Source: an uncultured virus (IMG/VR IMGVR_UViG_3300037840_000439)
Taxonomy: Duplodnaviria > Heunggongvirae > Uroviricota > Caudoviricetes
Direction: 5' to 3' (one strand)
Length of the DNA: 28,564 nucleotides
Virus record (IMG/VR): IMGVR_UViG_3300037840_000439
This document shows positions 7,796-16,530 of this stretch, piece after piece (position 1 is the first letter of the stretch; each line of letters starts with the position of its first letter). Under the pieces are notes generated by a model. It saw only the letters and a list, made by a program, of their open reading frames with translations. It ran no database searches and was not told the DNA's origin. A program made the position numbers and the translations under genes.

Positions 7796-8353
7796 CTACG
7801 TGCCTGATCCTTCGTTGGACACTGACTCAACCAGACTCGGCAGCACGTTCGCGTAGAAGTCGCGGAACTTCGACTGCGCAAGGAAGTCTGCCACCGTCAT
7901 CCACTGCACCCGACAGCCCTCCTCCATTTCACGAGGCTCGCCGAACGCCTCGACCACGAAGACGCTGACGTGCGACGCGCGGCCGGGCTTGTGTGGGAGC
8001 CCGTGCGGACCGTAATGCACGAGCGTAGCGGTCGCCGTTGCCATGCCGGTCTCTTCTTCCAGCTCACGCCGTTGCGCCTGTTCCGCCGTCTCTCCGTCTT
8101 CGACCATGCCGCCAGGTAGAGCCCACGACTCGTACCTCGGATTCCACACGCAGAGCAGTCGTGCGGGGACCTCACCGTCGTCTACGACGACCGAAACCGC
8201 TGCCGTACGTTCACCCATCTTCGACTGCTGGTGATTGGCGGCGTGCGTGTTGTCGCCCATCGGCGCACGCTCGACCGTGCCCAGCTCGCGCACGACTTCG
8301 GCTTCGGCTTTAAGCCGATCAGACTCACGCACATCGTCGTCTCGTTCTTCCAC
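7796..8353 (-). CDS. Nudix hydrolase (true start may be ATG 8218)
   Basis: WALPGGMVEDGETAEQAQRRELEEETG is a Nudix box. Confidence 0.9.
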   Translation of the reverse strand: MEERDDDVRESDRLKAEAEVVRELGTVERAPMGDNTHAANHQQSKMGERTAAVSVVVDDGEVPARLLCVWNPRYESWALPGGMVEDGETAEQAQRRELEEETGMATATATLVHYGPHGLPHKPGRASHVSVFVVEAFGEPREMEEGCRVQWMTVADFLAQSKFRDFYANVLPSLVESVSNEGSGT

Positions 8354-8355
8354 GA

Positions 8356-8520
8356 CTAGTCCTCGACCCGATCAATGACGAGCCAGCCAGGGAAGGCTCC
8401 CGTTGTCGTCTTGAGTGGTAGACGCCCACGCAGCGCGTCGGCTAATGCATCGAGCAGCGGGTACAGTGGCACCTTCACCTTGTTGCCGTTCACGTCGGTG
8501 ACTTCGATCTCTTCGCCCAT
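8356..8520 (-). CDS. small hypothetical protein
   Basis: My translation: MGEEIEVTDVNGNKVKVPLYPLLDALADAL...IDRVED*; ends in the TAG-TC-GTG junction. Confidence 0.55.
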   Translation of the reverse strand: MGEEIEVTDVNGNKVKVPLYPLLDALADALRGRLPLKTTTGAFPGWLVIDRVED

Positions 8521-8558
8521 GTCTCATTCCCTTTCTCGCTCCTCGAATGCTACGGTCC

Positions 8559-8756
8559 CTACTCTTCCTTCGTGACAGGGATGCTGTGTTCAGCTCCAAT
8601 CTTGTCGGCGGCGGCTTGCGCCTCGGCAGCAGTGGAGTAGCGCGACGACGTGACCTTGCTGCCGTCCTCGGCGTGCACCGTGACAAAGTGCGGTTTGTCG
8701 CCACTCTTCTTGCGCCCGCATGTCGTCGTAGAGACGTCCACATCCGCGACGCGCAC
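8559..8756 (-). CDS. small hypothetical protein
   Basis: GTG start within the junction repeat. Confidence 0.55.
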   Translation of the reverse strand: MRVADVDVSTTTCGRKKSGDKPHFVTVHAEDGSKVTSSRYSTAAEAQAAADKIGAEHSIPVTKEE

Positions 8757-8758
8757 GA

Positions 8759-8926
8759 CTACGCGCCTGATCCTTCGATGGACGCCGACACCGGCACACC
8801 GTTCGCCTCAGTAGCCCCGCGAGGTCGCCACACCCACTGCGCCTGAGTCATCCCGAACATGACGCTACAGTTGCAACAATAAGCGACGAGTAGCTCGTCC
8901 CCGCCCTTGTCCCATTCTTTCAACAT
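8759..8926 (-). CDS. small hypothetical protein ending EGSGA
   Basis: My translation: MLKEWDKGGDELLVAYCCNC...SASIEGSGA*; GAGGTG RBS. Confidence 0.5.
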   Translation of the reverse strand: MLKEWDKGGDELLVAYCCNCSVMFGMTQAQWVWRPRGATEANGVPVSASIEGSGA

Positions 8927-8963
8927 GACCACCTCGTCTCCTGGTGCTTGGCGCGCATGATTG

Positions 8964-9440
8964 TCACGCTCCGCCTGACTCCGGCTTCGCCCTCAGTGCG
9001 GCCTTCGCCGCCACCACGGCAGCATCGGCGAGGTCTGCCAGCTCCCGCAGAACCGTAGGCGACAGACCTGCATGTCCGGCGACGGCGAAGACCACGTTCC
9101 CGTCGTCGGTGATCGTCGCTATCAGCACGCCGTTCTGCTGTGGGTACTTCCTCGTCTCTACGATGTTCGCCATGACACGCTCACTTCCTTCTTGTCGGGC
9201 CTCTACCCTCGGCACACTGAGTCCAAGGAGGTTCTCTCGACACTGGGCGGCCACGTAGGGATCGCGCTCGCGTCGCCGTACTGCCTTCCCGCCCTTCTTC
9301 CCAACCTGGCCTGCTTCTTCCGAGGTCCATTCGTGGGCGGTGCCGGCTTGGTGTGCCGCCCTGCCGCCCTTGCGAGAAATCTCGGCGAGCTTCTCTTTCG
9401 TCAGCGCCGCAAAACCCCTCGGCTTCTTCTCGTTACTCAC
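8964..9440 (-). CDS. KGG-repeat (general stress, YciG/GsiB-like) domain protein with C-terminal extension
   Basis: RGFAALTKEKLAEISRKGGRAAH..AHEWTSEEAGQVGKKGG; GTG at 9440 overlaps the upstream stop. Confidence 0.8.
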   Translation of the reverse strand: MSNEKKPRGFAALTKEKLAEISRKGGRAAHQAGTAHEWTSEEAGQVGKKGGKAVRRRERDPYVAAQCRENLLGLSVPRVEARQEGSERVMANIVETRKYPQQNGVLIATITDDGNVVFAVAGHAGLSPTVLRELADLADAAVVAAKAALRAKPESGGA

Positions 9441-9697
9441 GATTGCCTTTCCTTTCTTGGTGTTCCCACGTTCTTGATCTTGGAGCGACTCACCCATCCG
9501 GCATTGCGGAAGAAAACGTTCGCCTTCCGGTGAAACTGCCAGATGCGCCACGGTCGGCTCACGAAGCCGGCGAAGTCTGGTCGGTTCATCATCACGTGTG
9601 TCTCCAGTCCGAAACGATTAGCCATACGACGAACCCGATCATCACCAGCCCGTGTACCAGCACGGCCAACGTCAGCCGCGGATGCTCGTAGGCCCAT
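9437..9697 (-). CDS. hypothetical protein
   Basis: ORF coupled to the KGG gene; start uncertain. Confidence 0.4.
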   Translation of the reverse strand: MGLRASAADVGRAGTRAGDDRVRRMANRFGLETHVMMNRPDFAGFVSRPWRIWQFHRKANVFFRNAGWVSRSKIKNVGTPRKERQS

Positions 9698-9725
9698 TTC
9701 TCAAGCCACGCGCGCGGCGGGTACA

Positions 9726-9980
9726 TTACGAACGCTTACCACGCCGCTTGGCGAACCCACTGGCCACCTTTTTGAAGATGGTTGTGGCGGCGTCCACGGT
9801 CTCCTTGTCGAGACCCGTGACGTCGCTGAGGTCAATGCCGTCGAGCGGGCTGGCGAGAAGATCGTGTTCCTTGATGATCTGGAGAGCCTTGAAGGCTGCT
9901 GCCACGCGTTCCTTCTCGTTGCCCTTGGCCTCTTCGAGCGCGAGGCTCATCAAGTCCTTCGCCTTCTGTCGCATGTCCAT
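9726..9980 (-). CDS. helical hypothetical protein
   Basis: AGAGGG RBS; KAKDLMSLA..NEKERVAAAFKALQII. Confidence 0.6.
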   Translation of the reverse strand: MDMRQKAKDLMSLALEEAKGNEKERVAAAFKALQIIKEHDLLASPLDGIDLSDVTGLDKETVDAATTIFKKVASGFAKRRGKRS

Positions 9981-10004
9981 GGTTATCCCTCTCTGTTTTG
10001 CCAC

Positions 10005-10301
10005 CTAGGAAACGGTCCTACCACTTCCTCGTCTGGCTCGCGACCGAATGCTTGCCGCGATATCGTGCGCAACATCCGCATCCCGGCTGACGCCTTCAGA
10101 GTAGTTTGGGCACCAGTAGTCTGCCAGCTTGGCACACGCTTCGCGCTCGACTGCGACCGCGTCACAGCTAGGTAACCGCCATTCCCCGGGTGCCGCACCG
10201 TGATCGCCGTTGTTGTCGAGGATCGCCCCGCAAAACGGGCACCAGTTTACGAGCGTCTCCCCCGCGTCGATGGTGACAGCTTCAGAATGCGTACAGCTCA
10301 T
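10005..10301 (-). CDS. hypothetical phage protein
   Basis: CPFCG; EREACAKLA..IAASIRSR is typical of small phage proteins; ATGA coupling with parB. Confidence 0.6.
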   Translation of the reverse strand: MSCTHSEAVTIDAGETLVNWCPFCGAILDNNGDHGAAPGEWRLPSCDAVAVEREACAKLADYWCPNYSEGVSRDADVAHDIAASIRSRARRGSGRTVS

Positions 10302-11245
10302 TCCGCCGCTTTCTCCCCATGCTTCCTCCACTCGCCGCTCCGAATAAGCCCCGGGATCTGATCAGGTGCTCCAGCCCAGTCGCCTTTGGCATTCCAGGTA
10401 GCCTCGATCCAAGAGGCGATGGCCTCGGCGACCTCGTTCTCTAGCTTCTTCCCCGCCTTTGCTTCCGCTTTCGCCTCCGAAGCTTCCGACGAAGCCTCCA
10501 ACAAAGCCCCCAACTTCTTCGTCTTTGTCTTGCGCACGATCTCGCGCGCTTTCTTCGCATTCTTCGAACGCTTCTTGCCGGGGGTGCGAGGGGCCTTCTC
10601 CAGTAGCTCGGCGAGCATCTTCTTCGCCTGCTCCGGATCGGTTTTCGCCTCGCGCGCGAGCTTGTACGAATCAGACGTTGAGATCTTGCCGGCAGCCTCA
10701 GCGTTACGAACAGCAGCTGGAGCATCAAGTAGCCGCAGGAGATTTTTGACGGTCGACTCGCTGACACCGAGCAGGACAGCCACTTCTTTCTCGTCCCGCC
10801 CGAGAGCTATGTACCGCTGGATTTTCTTCGCTCGGTTCTCCGCCGAATCTTCGGTTCGGTGCTCGTTGGCCGAAATGAGCATGCCCATGGCACTCTGATC
10901 GCTTGCCCGCTTGATCCAAACCGGTAGCCGGATCGGTTCGAGACCTTGCTTCTTGAGCCGACGATTGGCTTCTCGCGCGGCCTTGGTGCGCTGCCGACCA
11001 TCGATGATCTCGATCTTGCCGGTCTCTCTGTTCCGGCGACCAGAGAGCGGCTCTATAATACCCTGCGGGACCCCCTCGGGCGCAAACATAATATTCAAGA
11101 CCAACGACTCCTTGTAGTCGTTGTCCACACGCTCATCGTAGAGCGCCGAGGCCTTATCGTCGACCAGCACAACATCATCCGGATCGAACGTGGGAACGTC
11201 GATCTTGCCCAAGTTACCCAGCTTGTCCCGCGCTGCTTTCGGCAT
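10298..11245 (-). CDS. parB: ParB/Spo0J-like protein (ParB N-terminal domain + HTH)
   Basis: GIIEPL..IEIIDGRQRTKAA; HTH EKEVAVLLGVSESTVKNLLRLL; GGAGG RBS. Confidence 0.85.
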   Translation of the reverse strand: MPKAARDKLGNLGKIDVPTFDPDDVVLVDDKASALYDERVDNDYKESLVLNIMFAPEGVPQGIIEPLSGRRNRETGKIEIIDGRQRTKAAREANRRLKKQGLEPIRLPVWIKRASDQSAMGMLISANEHRTEDSAENRAKKIQRYIALGRDEKEVAVLLGVSESTVKNLLRLLDAPAAVRNAEAAGKISTSDSYKLAREAKTDPEQAKKMLAELLEKAPRTPGKKRSKNAKKAREIVRKTKTKKLGALLEASSEASEAKAEAKAGKKLENEVAEAIASWIEATWNAKGDWAGAPDQIPGLIRSGEWRKHGEKAAE

Positions 11246-11265
11246 GGTGAATCCCTCCAACACGC

Positions 11266-11302
11266 ATTCTGGCATCGCCGCTATCGGTTGTCAACACTTG
11301 GT
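11266..11302 (-). promoter_or_regulatory. sigma70-like promoter of parB
   Basis: Minus strand TTGACA-N17-CAGAAT. Confidence 0.55.
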
Positions 11303-11322
11303 TGACGTCGTCACCATCGCTG

Positions 11323-11625
11323 TCAGCGGTCCATGGTTAGATGCACGTGAATTCCCAGACGCCTCGCGGCCATGGAATCGTTGCGCAACTGTTCTTCTGC
11401 GTACCCGACGGCCTCCACGCGCCGAAAAAACCACTGGCTCGTTCTCTCCGTGACCTTGCCGACATGACGAACCACACGCCAGCCCACCTTGCGCACAACG
11501 GGGTCCGGCGGGGGAATCCCCTCTACGATCTGGTAGTGGATCGTTGTGCTGCTGTGGTTGGCGGCTTCGCGCGCTTCGTAGTCGCGCTGGTGCGCGATTT
11601 CTTCATCGGTTCGAACGTAGTCCAT
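11323..11625 (-). CDS. hypothetical protein
   Basis: AAAGGAG RBS. Confidence 0.65.
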   Translation of the reverse strand: MDYVRTDEEIAHQRDYEAREAANHSSTTIHYQIVEGIPPPDPVVRKVGWRVVRHVGKVTERTSQWFFRRVEAVGYAEEQLRNDSMAARRLGIHVHLTMDR

Positions 11626-11659
11626 TTTCTTTCTCCTTTATCCGATTCCATTTCTACCG

Positions 11660-12064
11660 CTACCAACTGTTCCCCTCTCCGTCATTTTGCCCAGACCTAA
11701 ACTGATCCGCAGTCGCCGTGAGCTCCGTCATCTTGCCAGACCTAAACTGATCCGCAGTCGCCATGAGTATCGACCACCCGCACATGCGGCACTGGACGTG
11801 GAAGTGCTCGCGGGTCTCGAGGCAAGCTTTCCGGAAGGGCCAGAAGCGTGTGCAGCCAACACAGAGCTTCGAAGCTCTCAGGATAGGAGGAGCCCGGCGT
11901 GTGACGACCATTGCCGTGACTACGCTGTATTCCGTCCAGGTTTTGCCACGGGTGTAACGGCATTTGGGACATGGCTCGTTGTGCAGGTTATGCCACGCCC
12001 ACAGCGGTGCGGGCTCCTGGATCGACGGCACCAGTGCTAGCTCGTGGTAAGGACGCAGGCTCAC
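11660..12064 (-). CDS. Zn-ribbon-like hypothetical protein
   Basis: CPKC, CVGC, HFHVQCRMCGW; duplicated C-terminus. Confidence 0.6.
   Translation of the reverse strand: MSLRPYHELALVPSIQEPAPLWAWHNLHNEPCPKCRYTRGKTWTEYSVVTAMVVTRRAPPILRASKLCVGCTRFWPFRKACLETREHFHVQCRMCGWSILMATADQFRSGKMTELTATADQFRSGQNDGEGNSW
11677..11767. repeat. tandem duplication, 46 + 45 bp
   Basis: ctccgtcat(t/c)ttgcc(c)agacctaaactgatccgcagtcgcc(g/a)tgag twice. Confidence 0.9.
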
Positions 12065-12324
12065 GTAGGGTCCTGGTCAGCGTGGAACAGTTCCACGTCC
12101 TCGGGCGTCGCGACTCGAACGAAGGATATTTCCATGTGGTTGCACGCGCACTCATCACCGCGCTCTTCCAGTCGCCTTACAAGCGCTGTTAGCTCGTTGC
12201 TGGCGCAGTGAGACGACTCGTTGAAATGAAACTCGACGTGGTGAGCGAGGTCGTCTTTCCAGTTCTCCAGGACGTAGACGACCATCTTGATCTCAACGAT
12301 GACTGGAACCGTGTGTAGACTCAT
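12061..12324 (-). CDS. hypothetical protein
   Basis: Overlaps neighbours on both sides; VEFHFNESSHCASN..CAC. Confidence 0.6.
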   Translation of the reverse strand: MSLHTVPVIVEIKMVVYVLENWKDDLAHHVEFHFNESSHCASNELTALVRRLEERGDECACNHMEISFVRVATPEDVELFHADQDPT

Positions 12325-12500
12325 TGACGAACAATCCTTAGGCGCGGCCAAACGCGAGGCTGTCGCATCTTTTCAGAAGGGGTCTTTTTCCCACACGCGC
12401 TGCACTTGACAGATCCCCAAAACCCCATGCATGTCTCTTCTCCCGGCGACATACTCCCCAACGCAGCGATGACACAGTCTTCGCAGACCAGAACGCTCAT
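12321..12500 (-). CDS. small Cys-rich protein
   Basis: CEDC..CSAC; ATGA coupling. Confidence 0.5.
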   Translation of the reverse strand: MSVLVCEDCVIAALGSMSPGEETCMGFWGSVKCSACGKKTPSEKMRQPRVWPRLRIVRQ

Positions 12501-12642
12501 TTGGACTTCTTCTTCCTCGACGCATTGCAACGCTTGTTGCGGCACGTCGTGCAATACGAAAGACCCGGCTGGCGGATCCGTCCGCACCCGTCGACGCACG
12601 GGCGCTCGGTCGCACCGATGGCACTCACCTTAGGTCGGTTCT

Positions 12643-13044
12643 TCATAGAGCAGCCTTGAGAACCACGATCATTTCGTCAACCTTGATGATCGCTTGTTTA
12701 ACGTCACAACGATTCTGGTCAACAGACGCGCATAACTGCTCAATGAGCGCCGGAAGTACATTAGCTGCGGCAACTCGCTGCTGACGTGAAGCCGATAGCA
12801 AGGGTGTCGTTCCAGCATTTGGGTTGAATACGTAAAGTCCCCACACGACATTCCCCACGACACCATGCTTTTTGAACACCAACAATGAACCTTTGACGTC
12901 TAGCCCCTCAAGAGGAACACTGACCGAGACACCAAGGTTGGAAGCAATAAGTTGAACCTCAACCTCTTTAAGCTTAACGTTGAGTTCTTCGGTCGCACGA
13001 GTCAATTCGATACCCATCGCACGTGCATCATCAAGCGTCTTCAT
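12643..13044 (-). CDS. hypothetical protein
   Basis: 133-aa ORF with lower GC than the flanks. Confidence 0.65.
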   Translation of the reverse strand: MKTLDDARAMGIELTRATEELNVKLKEVEVQLIASNLGVSVSVPLEGLDVKGSLLVFKKHGVVGNVVWGLYVFNPNAGTTPLLSASRQQRVAAANVLPALIEQLCASVDQNRCDVKQAIIKVDEMIVVLKAAL

Positions 13045-13264
13045 CGGACTCCAAACGGTTGAAGCGCGGTAGCACCGCAGAGACAGTCTCGGCCTCGTGG
13101 CGCAGTTGCGCCACGAAGCACCACGCTTTTTCGTCTTTGCCTACGCAGCATTTCTTGTACTTCACGCCACTACCGCACGAGCAGGAATCGTTGCGGCCTG
13201 GAGTTGGGAAAATGGATTCGAGCGCGAGTGGGTCGATGCCTGGGGCGATGACGTGGTCGGTCAT
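13031..13264 (-). CDS. SEC-C metal-binding motif protein
   Basis: PGRNDSCSCGSGVKYKKCC. Confidence 0.8.
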   Translation of the reverse strand: MTDHVIAPGIDPLALESIFPTPGRNDSCSCGSGVKYKKCCVGKDEKAWCFVAQLRHEAETVSAVLPRFNRLESDEDA

Positions 13265-13503
13265 GATCGGTTCCGTTCGAGGAAACAGGACGTGCAGCAA
13301 GAGCGCGCTGTGAAGTTCTTTGCGGGTGGCATGAGAAGACGATTGCACAAGCAGAACATCGGCGCGTGTGTCGGCAACTTGTCGTCATATGTCGTGAACA
13401 TCTGTCCGCAAGCGTTGCAGACAACCTCGCCGTTCCACGGCTTCTTGCCGTGAATGCCGCACTTAACCAGCACCTGGGAACCGAGCTTTTTCATACTTTT
13501 CAT
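13261..13503 (-). CDS. Cys-rich hypothetical protein
   Basis: CGIH, CNAC, CLC, CCTSC; ATGA coupling. Confidence 0.55.
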   Translation of the reverse strand: MKSMKKLGSQVLVKCGIHGKKPWNGEVVCNACGQMFTTYDDKLPTHAPMFCLCNRLLMPPAKNFTARSCCTSCFLERNRS

Positions 13504-13551
13504 CGTGGCAGGTGTGGCTTCTGGATTCGAGACCTGGGAAGAGAGGAAGTG

Positions 13552-13767
13552 TCATCGTGGCTTCCTGGCGGCATCTGTCCGAGCCCACCGAGCAATACGT
13601 TCAGCACACCTCGCGATGTTAATGGCGGCTTCGGTGCTGAGGACGTCCGTCACATCGCGGCGGTTGGCCCCCCGCTTAGGATCGTAGCCAAGCTCGCGAA
13701 GAATAGTCTCTAACATTCGGGCAGCGTCATCTTCGTCCTCGCAGAGACGGTGATCGTACTTCATCAT
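13552..13767 (-). CDS. hypothetical protein
   Basis: AAGGAGG RBS. Confidence 0.6.
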   Translation of the reverse strand: MMKYDHRLCEDEDDAARMLETILRELGYDPKRGANRRDVTDVLSTEAAINIARCAERIARWARTDAARKPR

Positions 13768-13792
13768 GCCTCCTTCGCATCGTTGTCAGCCA

Positions 13793-13975
13793 TTAGAGCT
13801 TCACTGCCTCCAGCCCCTTCTCGATAAGCGAGCGTGCGGCCGATGAGAAGCTCACCTCCAGGCCGCTCGTAGCATCCTCCAGCTTCTTCTGGTACTTGCT
13901 GATGCGCGCTTTGAGCGCATCATCCATGCGGATCTGGTTTTGCGATTTGGTTTTGCTAGCTGTCTTCGTCGGCAT
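13793..13975 (-). CDS. small ribbon-helix-helix-like DNA-binding protein
   Basis: NQIRMDDALKARISKY..SFSSAARSLIEKGL; first gene of the leftward unit. Confidence 0.6.
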   Translation of the reverse strand: MPTKTASKTKSQNQIRMDDALKARISKYQKKLEDATSGLEVSFSSAARSLIEKGLEAVKL

Positions 13976-14049
13976 GAAGTCAGTCCTAGCACCAAAAATT
14001 ACCGGTGACAACGGTTGACACTGAGTTACGAGCCAGCTAAACGTTCTCC
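13976..14049. promoter_or_regulatory. back-to-back divergent promoters
   Basis: Plus strand TTGACA(14015)-N17-TAAACG; minus strand TTGTCA-N17-TAGGAC; each lies 6-7 nt before an ATG. Confidence 0.65.
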
Positions 14050-14286
14050 ATGGTTGATCTCCTCCGTGTCGTAGCAGCACACATCGAAGTGGTCCGGTGC
14101 GCGAAGACGTTCCTAGAGACAGAGAAGGTCGTGAACGCTAGACTCGTGAACGCTAGACTCTCGACAGCGCGGGATGCACTGGTGGCTGCGCTCAAACAGC
14201 TCGAACCAGTTCCGGTTCCTAGTAGCGGCTTCATTGGCCCGCTTCAAGATCCTATGAGACCATTCGGAACGGCGGACAAGCGATGA
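14050..14286 (+). CDS. hypothetical protein with a 15-bp tandem duplication (VNARL x2)
   Basis: gtgaacgctagactc at 14131-14145 and 14146-14160; ATGA coupling. Confidence 0.6.
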   Translation: MVDLLRVVAAHIEVVRCAKTFLETEKVVNARLVNARLSTARDALVAALKQLEPVPVPSSGFIGPLQDPMRPFGTADKR

Positions 14287-15458
14287 CCCGAGCCGAGTTC
14301 ATCCAGCAGGCCGTGATCGCTCTCGTTCGCGCCGGCACCACCCAGGAGCACGCCATCGGGGAAGCCGAAAGTCTTGCGGCCAAGCTCCAAGCTCGAAACA
14401 TCGCTCCGTGGTCCGAACCAAACGATGGCACACTTCTCAAGCGCATCGACCACGATCAGCGCAGCTACAAGACGGATCTCGGAGCCGGCGAGACGCGGGG
14501 GCAAAAGCAAGAGTGGGAAGCGTCGGGTACTGCACCAGATCCGCGCTGCGTCTGTGGCATCCTCGCTTCCGAACACGGGACGCGCGGATGCGACGATTAC
14601 ATACCAGATGACCGCAACCCATCCAAGAGAGAGCGTGATGCGCTTCTCGCAGTCGAGGAAGCAGCTCGAAATATCCGAATGCCATGCGGATACAGATGCG
14701 TCGACGGCGGAGCAACTTCCACCGATCTCGACGCTGCGCTTGAAAGACTCGACAACCTCCGTGAGCCAGAATCGGACGCGCTACTCGCATCGCATGCACC
14801 TAAACGTGCCGGCAATCCTGCCGGTCGTGATTCGACAACCTCCCGTGACGTCCCGCGTGTCGTCACGGGAGCCGTTGACTCCTGGGGTGTTTGGAACATT
14901 GATCTCGCGAAGTGGGCAAACAGGCTGCCCATGTCAGAGGAGAGTGCTAGACGAACAGCTGAGGCATGGGCCCATCTAGAAACACGGTTTGAAGCACGTC
15001 GACAGTCTACAGAAATCACCCGCCGTGCCTTCTCCGTGTCCGTCTATCTCCAAAGTGCTCGTACCGTGCTCCTTATCAAGCACAAGCGCTTGAACGCATG
15101 GCTCCCTATCGGCGGTGAGCGCCGTGGAGACGAGACTCCGCTGGAGACGGCCAAGCGTAAGGTGCGCGAAGAAACCGGATGGGATCCAGAAGCTCTAATC
15201 TGGTCGGAGTCACGCAACACCTTGGGTCAAGGTGCTCCTTATGGGTTTCTCGGATACGAAGAACACCCGGCTGGCAACCGTGGCCTGCACATGAACTTCG
15301 TGTTCAAAGCGTTCGTACCGAATTTTTTACATGATCAACCACCGCGCTCCGACGGCTCATGGTCGGATTTCGTGTGGCACACGAACGTGCCACCTATCGA
15401 GGAGCCCACCAACGTTGCCGAGGTATTGCGCCTACTACTGAGTAGCGAAGCAACATGA
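14283..15458 (+). CDS. multidomain protein with C-terminal Nudix hydrolase
   Basis: VLLIKHKRLNAWLPIGGERRGDETPLETAKRKVREETG. Confidence 0.75.
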   Translation: MTRAEFIQQAVIALVRAGTTQEHAIGEAESLAAKLQARNIAPWSEPNDGTLLKRIDHDQRSYKTDLGAGETRGQKQEWEASGTAPDPRCVCGILASEHGTRGCDDYIPDDRNPSKRERDALLAVEEAARNIRMPCGYRCVDGGATSTDLDAALERLDNLREPESDALLASHAPKRAGNPAGRDSTTSRDVPRVVTGAVDSWGVWNIDLAKWANRLPMSEESARRTAEAWAHLETRFEARRQSTEITRRAFSVSVYLQSARTVLLIKHKRLNAWLPIGGERRGDETPLETAKRKVREETGWDPEALIWSESRNTLGQGAPYGFLGYEEHPAGNRGLHMNFVFKAFVPNFLHDQPPRSDGSWSDFVWHTNVPPIEEPTNVAEVLRLLLSSEAT

Positions 15459-16406
15459 GCACCGACTTCGAAATCGTCTGCGACGCTTGCGAGCTCCGGA
15501 TGCATGCTGGCCAATTCATGGGTGGTGGCTCGTCGTTTGGTTACGGATCCACCGATGCAGAAAGTCGCCAGGCTGTCTCAGACTTCGCGTTCGAACATGC
15601 ATACCACTCGCTTGATGGCGTGCGTATCGTCGTATCAGACACGACGGAGAAGAAGCGGAGCGACCAGTACAAGGATCTGGACGAAGAAGCCGACCTGGCA
15701 GGCGTCGATGTCGGTACTATCGTGGAACGCCATCGGAAAAGACGTGAATTGCTTGAGTCCGGCGTCGAGCACGCCGAGGCACTAGGTCAAGCCGTCACCA
15801 GCTTTTTAGCCACTCCCACCAGCGATATGGTGGAACGGTTCGGTAAAACCAACCACCAAGTCCCCAAAGAATGGGGTCGTCGAGCCCGCGACTTCGTACG
15901 CTACTACTTTCACAAGAACAATCACCTCCCAACACATGGGATGGTAGAGCAAGGTGTCAGTCTAACGGCAGCTCAGCTTCGTCATCTCATCGAGGTAGGC
16001 CAGCTCGTCGAGCTACCACTGTACCCAGACGGTCCAAAAGTACAGATCGGTTGTAGTACAGCACACGAGGACGACGAGATTCGAGATCGGATCGGATCGC
16101 TAATCAACGGTAGCGGTGATTTTTCGATCGGTAGCAAAGTCTGGCCAGGCGCATCGAAAGTCATCGAGGAAATAGGTGAACTGATGCAGGTGCTGGGTAA
16201 GCTCATTGCCGTAGCCGGCGATACGAAGCACTGGGATGGTGACCTGCGACCACGGCTCGTCGAGGAGATGGGTGACCTCACCGCCGCGCTTATGTTCTTC
16301 CACAACAGAGAACCTAACCGCTGACGAACAACAGCAAATCGTCGAACGAACCAAGAAAAAGCGCGATCTTTTCCGGCAGTGGCACGCCGACCCGAGGAAA
16401 CCATGA
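15455..16406 (+). CDS. protein with C-terminal MazG-like NTP pyrophosphatase domain; apparent frameshift near 16300
   Basis: KVIEEIGELMQVLGK..LVEEMGDL; the shifted frame continues ENLTADEQQQIVERTKKKRDLFRQWH to an ATGA overlap at 16403-16406. Confidence 0.65.
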
Positions 16407-16530
16407 GCGTTCTACCCGACCACGAGATTCGCGCCATGGGCACTCGGCTCATCGAACCGTTCGACCCGGAACGCGTGCAACCGGCGAGCTACGATCTCAC
16501 ACTTGCAGACGAGATTTTGCTTCCCAGCAA
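16403..16530 (+). pseudogene. dcd: dCTP deaminase 5' fragment
   Basis: MSVLPDHEIRAM..LIEPFDPERVQPASYDLTL; similarity is lost after ~40 aa. Confidence 0.8.

Larger units (their letters stand above)
6180..8985 (-). repeat. dispersed gene-junction repeats (about 10 copies) separating small ORFs
   Basis: Identical 19-mer CCTCGTGATTGGCGCGCAT at 7065-7083 and 7474-7492; 39-mers at 7788-7826 and 8751-8789 differ at 4 positions; related copies near 6197, 6381, 6612, 6840-6881, 8228, 8351 and 8940. Confidence 0.8.

Noticed and set aside
6180..8985. CRISPR array or classical integron attC array
   Set aside because: The repeats are degenerate, separated by whole genes of variable length, and lack attC RYYYAAC/GTTRRRY inverted cores. 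No cas or intI gene is in the window.
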